DNA of 8,518 nucleotides from Candidatus Woesearchaeota archaeon CG1_02_57_44 (GTDB lineage: Archaea > Nanobdellota > Nanobdellia > Woesearchaeales > CG1-02-57-44): positions 1-8,518 of the forward strand of contig MNWW01000047.1 in assembly GCA_001871415.1 (NCBI GenBank), in the 5' to 3' direction. This document shows, piece by piece, positions 1 through 6,904 of the stretch; the stretch's first letter is position 1; each line of letters starts with the position of its first letter. The translations under genes and the position numbers were made by a program. The notes under the pieces are model-generated. The model was given only the letters and a program-made list of their open reading frames with translations. It was not told the DNA's origin and made no database searches.

Positions 1-3000
1 ACCTCTGCCTTGGCCGTGCTCTGATACGACGGATTAGCGTCCCTGACATACTTCTGGAACGATGGGACTGACGGGCACATGACCCGGTCGCAAAGGTACT
101 GCATGTACTGTTGCCGCTGGATGCTCGCCAGCTCCTTGTCATAGCATTGCTGGCAGGATGCCGCCGCGTCCTCCTTGCCCTCAGGCGCAACACACGTCCC
201 CCCAGGACAATTACAGGCACTAAAGCCCCCACCTATACCCAGTGCAGAAAGCACACCCGTCGCCTGCCCGCAGGTGGTGTTGTCAAAGATGCGCGCGACG
301 AACAGCGCGACCCAGGAGGCCATGCACCCATACAACGTCAGCGTCGTCACAGTGCGCAGCGGTTTCAGGACAAGGTCGATGGCGTCGATGATGCCGCCCA
401 GCACCGAGGTCAGTCCTTCCAGCAGCGACTTGGTCAGGAACTTTGGCGGTATGCGCTCTTGCACCATGACCTCAAGGTCCATGCAGACTTCCTGCTTCTG
501 GCAGACGGGCTTGCCATTGACTATCTGGTCAGAGTACGCGCATTCAGCGTCGATGATGATCTTGAGCGGCAGGCGCACACAGCCGCCGATACCCAGGCAG
601 TCGCCCTTGTGCCAGCTGGAGATGTTCTGCTCCTTTTCCAGCGTCGTGTTGCCCGATGGGTCGACGCGGTTCAGGTTCAGGACCACATAGCCCGACTCCC
701 AGTTGTAGCCGTGCTGCGGCGTGATGGTGCCGGTTATCAGGCCCGTGTCCCATCTGGATGACTCGGCGTTGGATACCTTGCGCACCAGGACCTTCACGCT
801 CTTGACCGGCGGGATGCCCCCGTACTTTTGCATCCAGTCCTGTCGTTGCTTCTCGAGCTGGTCTATCTGGCGCTGGCGCGCCTCCTGCTGCTGCGCGAGC
901 GTCTGTCCAGCGTCGGTGCCAGTGTCAAGCGTCGGCTCCGGGGGGATGTTGTAGGCGTAGGTATCCAGCGGCGGACCGATGTAGGAGAGATTCAGATTAA
1001 AGCTTATCTGTCCGATGCCTTCAAGGATGTGCCGTGGCACTATCTCGCTGGGGTATATCTCGCTGATGTCCACGCGCCAGTCGCCGCCCTTGCCGCAGAC
1101 CGCGTATTTTATCTCTGCCTCATCCGGGTCGCTCTTATGGCCCACGAGGTCGGTCGCGACGACCTTGACCTTGTTGGGAAACTCCGAGCCGTAGTAGCCG
1201 GACGCGCTAGTGCCGACATAGTTGCCGGTGTTCGCGCCTGTATCAGAGTCCAGCCGCACTTCCAGCGTCGCTGTCGTCTCCAATGAGACAGTCACAGCAA
1301 AAGTGCCGTTCTCATCAGTCGTTGTTGTCGCCGCAGGGATATCCCGGTCATTGAGGAACACGTCGACAGTCGCCTGCTCGCCGGCAGTGCCGGTGATGGT
1401 GATATCAGGACTGCTGGCCGGCGACAGCTGGTGCAGGTTGGTCTTGAGCGTCGGCTTTGTCGTGTCCAGCCGCACCTGCCGCTCGAGCACACGGCTGTTG
1501 CCAAAGATGTCTGTCGCATTGATGCGGATGAGATTCTCCCCCTCGCGAAGGTCAAGGGTCGTGGTGAAGTTCTTGCCAAAGCCCGATGCCGTATTGCTGT
1601 GCGCGCATTCCGGCGTGGCAAAGGCAGGCAGGGCAGGACCGTGTGCGCCCACGTCGCCGGTGGCGTACACGCGCGCTGACTGCGGTCCCTGGTCGCAGGA
1701 TTCCCTGTCCAGCGCGGCAACGCGATACTCATATTCCACGCCCTGCGTTATCCAGATGTCGTTGAAGGTCGTCTGCTGTGTCGCGTAGATGGGCGCGCTG
1801 TCGCGGTAGATGATATAGGAGTGTCCGGACAGCTCAGTCCAGGACACGACGATCTTGTCCGCCTGTGGAGCAGCAGCAACACCCGTCACGCGCGCCGGCC
1901 CTGAGGCATCACCCTGCGGCTTGCTCGTGGCCAGGAAGCTGGCGTTCTCGTCGGCAGTAATATTGACCTGTACGGGCGTCGCGTTGACCACGCGCGCCAG
2001 CTCCTGCAGCAAGACCACAGGAGCGTCAAAGCCAATGGTGACATTGTAGGTCGCGCTGCCCTCATTGCCCGCGAAGTCTGAGGCGAGCAGCGTGAGCGTG
2101 TTCTCCCCTTCGTGCAGTCCCACGCGCAGCTGGAACGTGCCATTGCTGTCCGCCCGCGCTGCGGTGGTTGGTATGACGCCAGCATTGACAAATGCCCGGA
2201 CCATGATGCCGGGCTCCGTGCTTCCCAAGACGGGCAGCTCTTCGCGATGGTAGTAGCGGGGCACATCCGCCTCGATTGGTGGTGGTATCCTGTCATCGCC
2301 CGCGATGAAGAAGTCCTCGTCGGTCCTCGCGCAGTTGCCTTGCGCGTCGCACGCTTCGATGGTATAGCGATAGGTAGTGTTCTTGATCAGGTTCTGCAAT
2401 GAGGCGCTGTGGCTCAGGCCTGAAGGTGTTGTCGCGCTGGCACCATCCTTGATCTGCAGCGTCCCTGTGGTCTGCTCATTGGTGACCCAGACAATGGTCG
2501 CTGCCGTGTCTGTGAGGTTCTTGATGCTGACATTGCTGATGCGCGGCATCTCAAAGTCAGGAGCCGCTGTCGTCGCGGTGATGCTGCTGTTGATGGCGTT
2601 TCCCGCGTTGTCCACGGCCGAGACCGTCACCTCATAGCTCGTCAGCGGCGTGAGTCCTTGTATGCTGATGGTAATCTCGGCGTACTGGCTCTCGATGGGC
2701 TGTCCGTTGAGCCAGATGATGTAGTGCGAGAAGTCCTCTTCCTCATTGGCGGCCCAGCTGACAGTGATGCTCTCTAATTGCGCGGCGTAGCTGAGGTTGA
2801 CCGGCGCTGCCGGAGGCGTCGCGTCAGAGGTCATGAATGTGCTGTCCTGCTGGGCGACCCCGTCAGCTGCGCCAGTCCTGACCGTGTAGGTGTAGGTCGT
2901 GCCGGGGTCAAGCCCTTGCAGCAGCACGCTGTGCGTCGTGGTGCTGTCCGGGACATACGCGGTCTGCTGGGCCGCGCCTTCCTTGCTGTAGGTCACCCGG

Positions 3001-3317
3001 GAATCCCCGGGGACATCCGTCGTCCAGCTCACCTGCGCTGTGCTCTCTGTCACGTCCGCCTGCAGCCCAGAGATGCTTACGGCGAATGCGGCTGGCAGGG
3101 TGATGATGAGCAGTGCCATGAAGCAGGCGGACAGCTGCAGCAGTCTCGCGCGCGCCCGGCGTTGCCTGGACCTGAAAGGTTCAGATGCAGGGGACGATGC
3201 AGGGGACACAGATGTAGAGGACACAGATGCAAAGGGAACAGGTGCAGGGGACACAGATGTAGAGGACACAGATGCAGGGGCCACAGATGCTGCGGGGTGT
3301 TGCGCGCTGTTCGTCAT
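1..3317 (-). CDS. Large secreted/surface glycoprotein with tandem FN3 and bacterial-Ig-like domains and a Cys-rich C-terminal region (3'-truncated by window edge, >1105 aa)
   Basis: Manual translation from ATG at 3317 (ATGA overlap with the upstream stop at 3314-3316) stays open to base 1 (1105 codons). It starts MTNSAQHPAA, then an S/V/P/A repeat, then RSRQRRARARLLQLSACFMALLIITLPAAFA (signal peptide, AFA cleavage). FN3 signatures: AQVSWTT...LQGLDPGTTYTYTV, ITVSWAA...QGLTPLTSYEVTVSAVDNAGN, ATIVWVT...QNLIKNTTYRYTIEACDAQGN, IVVSWTE...TQGVEYEYRVAALD. Ig-like signatures: NGTFQLRVGLHEGENTLTLLASDFAGN, NFTTTLDLREGENLIRINATDIFGN, NGTFAVTVSL...NKVKVVATDLVGH. An alternative in-frame ATG lies at 3119. 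Confidence 0.92.
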   Translation of the reverse strand, partial: MTNSAQHPAASVAPASVSSTSVSPAPVPFASVSSTSVSPASSPASEPFRSRQRRARARLLQLSACFMALLIITLPAAFAVSISGLQADVTESTAQVSWTTDVPGDSRVTYSKEGAAQQTAYVPDSTTTHSVLLQGLDPGTTYTYTVRTGAADGVAQQDSTFMTSDATPPAAPVNLSYAAQLESITVSWAANEEEDFSHYIIWLNGQPIESQYAEITISIQGLTPLTSYEVTVSAVDNAGNAINSSITATTAAPDFEMPRISNVSIKNLTDTAATIVWVTNEQTTGTLQIKDGASATTPSGLSHSASLQNLIKNTTYRYTIEACDAQGNCARTDEDFFIAGDDRIPPPIEADVPRYYHREELPVLGSTEPGIMVRAFVNAGVIPTTAARADSNGTFQLRVGLHEGENTLTLLASDFAGNEGSATYNVTIGFDAPVVLLQELARVVNATPVQVNITADENASFLATSKPQGDASGPARVTGVAAAPQADKIVVSWTELSGHSYIIYRDSAPIYATQQTTFNDIWITQGVEYEYRVAALDRESCDQGPQSARVYATGDVGAHGPALPAFATPECAHSNTASGFGKNFTTTLDLREGENLIRINATDIFGNSRVLERQVRLDTTKPTLKTNLHQLSPASSPDITITGTAGEQATVDVFLNDRDIPAATTTTDENGTFAVTVSLETTATLEVRLDSDTGANTGNYVGTSASGYYGSEFPNKVKVVATDLVGHKSDPDEAEIKYAVCGKGGDWRVDISEIYPSEIVPRHILEGIGQISFNLNLSYIGPPLDTYAYNIPPEPTLDTGTDAGQTLAQQQEARQRQIDQLEKQRQDWMQKYGGIPPVKSVKVLVRKVSNAESSRWDTGLITGTITPQHGYNWESGYVVLNLNRVDPSGNTTLEKEQNISSWHKGDCLGIGGCVRLPLKIIIDAECAYSDQIVNGKPVCQKQEVCMDLEVMVQERIPPKFLTKSLLEGLTSVLGGIIDAIDLVLKPLRTVTTLTLYGCMASWVALFVARIFDNTTCGQATGVLSALGIGGGFSACNCPGGTCVAPEGKEDAAASCQQCYDKELASIQRQQYMQYLCDRVMCPSVPSFQKYVRDANPSYQSTAKAE
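3184..3290. repeat. In-frame 15-bp coding minisatellite (6 full units plus partial units)
   Basis: Full units at 3196-3285: gatgcaggggacaca, gatgtagaggacaca, gatgcaaagggaaca, ggtgcaggggacaca, gatgtagaggacaca, gatgcaggggccaca. A 12-bp truncated unit gatgcaggggac precedes them (3184-3195). On the minus strand it encodes SVAPA-SVSST-SVSPA-PVPFA-SVSST-SVSPA-SSPA. Confidence 0.95.
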
Positions 3318-5191
3318 GGCAGCACCACCACCGGCAACTGGACCCGGTAGCTCTGGTTATTCTCCAAAAAGTCCAGCATGGTGGATACCTGCCCGTCAGT
3401 GATGGGCGTCGGTCTACCTTCGGCCAGCGTGAACCTGATGCGTCCTGCGTCCTCTGCCGTGCCAAAGGGTATGGTGACATTGCCGCGCCAGCCGCCTTTG
3501 ATGCCCTTGGCATCAACAAGCGTCGCTTCCACCTGATAGGTGGTGTCAGCGAGGATGAGCTGCAGCGATGCGTCTGTGGCGTCCTTGTCCACATACATGC
3601 TGCTCTCGTAGTCTGGATACTCTGTGCTCGTGAGCCGGATGACGGCCGCCTCATCATCAGCCAGTGCTTCAGTATCGCGCACCGCCTGCGTGGTGTAGAA
3701 CACCGGCGCTTTCTGGACCTGCACAGCGACGTCCTGCACTGCTGTCAGCGCTATGGTGATATCGCCTCCCGTGTCCTGCTGTTTGCCTTGCAGGAATCCG
3801 GGAGCGTCGGCCATGACATAGCCGCCCACGCAGTTGTCCGGCAAGCCGGTCTGCAGCACCCTGCTACCGATGGGCGTCTCGCCAAGGTCGCAGCGGAACG
3901 TGAAGCAGTGGAAACTGATGTTGGCGATGAGCGGGAACTCCGGGTTGTTGGCGTGATAGCCGATGGCGTTTATCTGCCGGACCGGGCCAAGGTCGCGGCA
4001 GAGACCAAGATCATCCATGGGCGCCTGGAATGTCGAGAACGTCGTCTGATGCCGTGCCGGCGCGTTATGGTCAATGGTGACCGGCAGCCCGAAGCGCAGG
4101 GTGAATCCTGAAGAATCATCCCGGGCAGAGATGATGACATCATAGCGCACATCGTAGGTGAAATGATACACATTGAAGCAGAGCAGCGAGAGCATCGCGC
4201 CTCCCACTCCCGAGCGCGGACTCATGGTATCGCCGGTGCTGGGGCGGGCACGAAGCTGTAGGTTGTTTGGCACCATGACGCCCGCCCGAAAGCCAGGGTA
4301 ATTACCGTCAAGGCGCATGAGCAGGTGAAAATAGTCCCACGCGTCATCCGGCGCGTCAGGTGCCTGCCGTCCCGCGTTCGCGTCTTCGATAGTGTAGCGG
4401 CGCAGCTGCTCATAGGTCTGCTCAGGCGCGAGGAAGGGCGTATAGTCTGTTCCGGTGAAGCGCGCCTTGGACAGGTGATAGTAGGCAAGGTTCTGCGCCT
4501 CCTGCCTGATGGCAGAGACGCTCCATGCCTTCCTGCCGCAGGCGATGTCAAAGCCCGTGAACGGGATATTCTTGTCCATGCCCATCAGGTCAAGCGTCGC
4601 GTTCTCAAAGAACCCGGACTGCGCGTTCTGCACGATGTCCATGCCCAATGCCTGTGCCCTGCCCAAGGGTATCGGGACAATGGTAGAGAATGCCTTAATC
4701 TTCGCGCTGCGCTCCCGGAGCTTGTCGCGGACCGTGATGGGATAGGTCATATCCACGCTGACTTCCTGATCGCGGATGCTGACCATGACCTCTGGTGCTG
4801 TCGGCTCGACGATCAGGTTGTTCTGCAAGGGCACGAAGTCATCGATGCAGGCGTTGAGATTGTCCAGGACATACTGCCCAAGTGAGTCTTCCATGTACGC
4901 GATGCTGGGTATGCGCGATTCGCCTGCCTGCCACCAGAGAGGGATATTCTGCACGCGCTGAGTGCCCTGCGGTATGGCTATATGGCCTCCCTGTTGTCCC
5001 ATCAGGGCTATTCCATCGCGCGTCGTCTGGTCCAGACAGCTGATCGTGAAGACCTTGACCGGCTCTGCGAGAGGGTCTATGATCGTGCGCTCAGGATAGA
5101 GTTTAGCGCGAAGGGAGTAGATGAGCAAAGAGGAGATAGCGATGACTACCGCTACTATGATGAATATGGTTAGCTGTCCTCTTTTTTGCAA
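3314..5191 (-). CDS. Large archaeal pilin-like / class III signal peptide surface protein (625 aa)
   Basis: The N-terminus from TTG at 5191 reads MQKRG|QLTIFIIVAVVIAISSLLIY, matching the PibD/FlaK-type class III cleavage motif followed by a hydrophobic helix. GGTGGG (Shine-Dalgarno-like) lies 4 nt upstream. The body has paired Cys (SCLDQT...NACIDDF; HCFTFRCDLG...DNCVGG) and a beta-rich C-terminus. The ORF-track start at 5308 adds 39 residues that run through the promoter-like repeat. Confidence 0.88.
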   Translation of the reverse strand: MQKRGQLTIFIIVAVVIAISSLLIYSLRAKLYPERTIIDPLAEPVKVFTISCLDQTTRDGIALMGQQGGHIAIPQGTQRVQNIPLWWQAGESRIPSIAYMEDSLGQYVLDNLNACIDDFVPLQNNLIVEPTAPEVMVSIRDQEVSVDMTYPITVRDKLRERSAKIKAFSTIVPIPLGRAQALGMDIVQNAQSGFFENATLDLMGMDKNIPFTGFDIACGRKAWSVSAIRQEAQNLAYYHLSKARFTGTDYTPFLAPEQTYEQLRRYTIEDANAGRQAPDAPDDAWDYFHLLMRLDGNYPGFRAGVMVPNNLQLRARPSTGDTMSPRSGVGGAMLSLLCFNVYHFTYDVRYDVIISARDDSSGFTLRFGLPVTIDHNAPARHQTTFSTFQAPMDDLGLCRDLGPVRQINAIGYHANNPEFPLIANISFHCFTFRCDLGETPIGSRVLQTGLPDNCVGGYVMADAPGFLQGKQQDTGGDITIALTAVQDVAVQVQKAPVFYTTQAVRDTEALADDEAAVIRLTSTEYPDYESSMYVDKDATDASLQLILADTTYQVEATLVDAKGIKGGWRGNVTIPFGTAEDAGRIRFTLAEGRPTPITDGQVSTMLDFLENNQSYRVQLPVVVLP

Positions 5192-5243
5192 ACGACCCAC
5201 CGAGGGTTTAAAAAGGTGGCTCGCAGGTTTATATATTTTGCTA
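5188..5243. repeat. 56-bp palindromic element, copy 1 (direct repeat of 6905-6960)
   Basis: gcaaacgacccaccgagggtttaaaaaggtggctcgcaggtttatatattttgcta. It differs from copy 2 only at 5196 (c vs g) and 5228 (t vs g). Internal inverted repeat at 5193-5201/5215-5223 (8 of 9 pairs). Confidence 0.97.
5228..5241 (-). promoter_or_regulatory. Archaeal BRE+TATA promoter of the surface-protein operon
   Basis: The minus strand reads GCAAAA-TATATAAA (purine-rich BRE then TATA box). The TATA begins 44 nt upstream of the TTG start, leaving room for a short leader containing GGTGGG (5201-5196). Confidence 0.6.
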
Positions 5244-5487
5244 TGGGCAGCGTCGTGGCTGTGAAGACAGGATTCGGCTGTGGATGATGCGGTGAGCGCC
5301 ATAACCACACGGCCAAGCTAAGGATCATGCGGTCAATGTCTGATAGGCCAGGTGATGTACTCTGTGTCGGCAAGCGAGGCTGGTGTAATGGACTGGACCT
5401 GCGCACCAGGTCATGCTGCAATAATGGCAGGCAACAGATGAAGGCCGGCAAGCAGGAATGTCGCTTGAGGTGTAATGCAGAGCGATG

Positions 5488-5529
5488 GTCACCCTGCCGT
5501 TCCGATGTTTCCCAGGCATTGCAGGTGAC
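5488..5529 (-). other. Stem-loop immediately downstream of the ATPase stop codon (possible 3' end or processing structure)
   Basis: gtcaccctgc (5488-5497) pairs with gcaggtgac (5521-5529): 9 bp with one bulged base and 23 nt between the arms. It abuts the stop at 5530-5532. There is no U-tract. Confidence 0.3.
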
Positions 5530-6816
5530 TCATGCGTCAATCTGTGTCAGCCATGCATGAAGCGGCAGGATGGTGATGGTCTTTCCCTCCACATGCATTG
5601 TCTCCTGCTCCGATTCAGTCACAATGACCCCTTCGCTGAGGTTGTATGCGCACATGGCTTCCATTAGGCCTTTTAGCTCTCTTTTCTTGACTGCTGCGTC
5701 CTTCAGCGATGCCGTGACCTGTATCGCCCGGACTATGGCTCTGCCATCACGTATGATGAAATCGCACTCATAAGAACCCTTATGGTAGAACACCTGTTTC
5801 TGTTGTTTACGGAGGGTCAGAAATACCAAGTTCTCCATGAGACGCCCCTTGTTCTCTGAGAACTTGAATGATACTGCATTGATGAGTCCCGTGTCCACGC
5901 AGTATATTTTTCTGGGATTAGCAATCTGCTTTCGTACCGAGTGATCGTATTTCATGACCATGGAGAGCAAGTAGGACTGCTCAGCGTAGGAGAGATACTC
6001 TTTTACCGTGTCCGCAGAGATATGCAATGTCTTGCCGACATTGGTGTAGGAGAAAAACGAGCCCATGGTCGAGAGCGCGAAATAGAGCAATTCGAACACG
6101 TCTTTGTTGTTGCGGACGTTATGGGGATAGATGATATCTTTCAGATAGATGGTCTGAAAGTAATGCTTGAGCAGCTCGTGGCGGAGCGTCTCATCTTTCT
6201 CCAGCGCGACCCTTGGAAATCCGCCATACTGCAGATAGGAATCTATTGCCTGTCTTTTTTCAGGAAGCGTTGGCTGATGCGCGCCGATGAAATGCAGGTA
6301 CTCAATGAAGGTGAGTGGATAGACCGTAGAAGGGAAATATCGGCCCGATAGACGGGTGCTTGCGGCATCTTGTAATAGAACAGCTGTCGATCCGGTCAGC
6401 ACCAACTTCAGTTGTTTATTGGTATCATGGAGGATCTTTAAGGCATGCGCCCAGTGTGTGTAGTTCTGTATCTCGTCGATGAAGATGTAGAATTTGTGTA
6501 TCCCCTCCTGTTGTGCAATGTATTCTTCTATCAGTGCGCTCAGAAACGTGGGATCCTCAGCATTGCTCTGGAACACCGGCTCATCCAGGTTGATGAAGAG
6601 AATAGCTCTCGATTCGACCTGCAAGGTAGAGATGAGTTGGTATAACAGCGTTGATTTCCCTGTTCTTCTGGCGCCAAGCATCAGGAGAATCTCAGGGGCA
6701 TCCAGGTATTTTTGAAGCAGAGGGTAATACCTGAGTCGGGGGATGCCTGTGTCAAATGGTTTTCCAAACCACCACGGGTTCTGTTTTTCCAGCGCACTCT
6801 GGATTTGTTGTTCCAT
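5530..6816 (-). CDS. AAA+ ATPase, AAA_14 + DUF4143 family (COG1373-like), 428 aa
   Basis: N-terminal QNPWW, Walker A GARRTGKS, Walker B YIFIDEIQ, LTGS, LSGR, YLQYGGFP, an HTH-like YTNVGKTLHISADTVKEYLSY, and DUF4143-type KIYCVDTGL / GRLMENLV / YECDF...AIQVT. Start placed at ATG 6816 (MEQQIQ), about 30 nt below a TATA box, rather than TTG 6837. Confidence 0.93.
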   Translation of the reverse strand: MEQQIQSALEKQNPWWFGKPFDTGIPRLRYYPLLQKYLDAPEILLMLGARRTGKSTLLYQLISTLQVESRAILFINLDEPVFQSNAEDPTFLSALIEEYIAQQEGIHKFYIFIDEIQNYTHWAHALKILHDTNKQLKLVLTGSTAVLLQDAASTRLSGRYFPSTVYPLTFIEYLHFIGAHQPTLPEKRQAIDSYLQYGGFPRVALEKDETLRHELLKHYFQTIYLKDIIYPHNVRNNKDVFELLYFALSTMGSFFSYTNVGKTLHISADTVKEYLSYAEQSYLLSMVMKYDHSVRKQIANPRKIYCVDTGLINAVSFKFSENKGRLMENLVFLTLRKQQKQVFYHKGSYECDFIIRDGRAIVRAIQVTASLKDAAVKKRELKGLMEAMCAYNLSEGVIVTESEQETMHVEGKTITILPLHAWLTQIDA

Positions 6817-6827
6817 ATTAACGATTG

Positions 6828-6872
6828 TAATAGGCAATTATATATTAAATTATCGGTCATAATCTGCAATTA
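6828..6872 (-). promoter_or_regulatory. ATPase promoter: TATA box flanked by two 13-bp TAAT-N5-ATTA boxes
   Basis: Minus-strand TTTAATATATAA (6850-6839) is at leaderless spacing from ATG 6816. Boxes taataggcaatta (6828-6840) and taatctgcaatta (6860-6872) are 11/13 identical. Confidence 0.6.
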
Positions 6873-6904
6873 ATCGTTCAGTTTGCTCAATGGGGCAGAC
6901 TATC

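Noticed and set aside
3184..3290. 15-bp repeat as a mini-CRISPR
   Set aside because: The units are contiguous with no unique spacers and lie in frame within a CDS.
111..5173. Numerous plus-strand ORFs (e.g. 111-761, 1222-1788, 2778-3350, 3272-4111, 4325-4885) and off-frame minus ORFs
   Set aside because: They are shadows of the two long GC-rich minus-strand genes, with no recognisable motifs or expression signals.
5192..5308. ORF-track N-terminal extension of the pilin-like gene
   Set aside because: It runs through the BRE/TATA and palindrome and would bury the class III signal peptide 39 residues deep. TTG 5191 with an SD-like motif fits better.
5374..5450. tRNA-like start (gcgaggc tg gtgtaatgg)
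   Set aside because: The D-stem does not close, there is no TTCRA T-loop at the right distance, and there is no acceptor-stem partner.
5570..6715. Plus-strand ORFs inside the ATPase gene (5570-5773, 5941-6351, 6445-6645, 6494-6715)
   Set aside because: They are antisense to a well-supported conserved gene, with no independent evidence.
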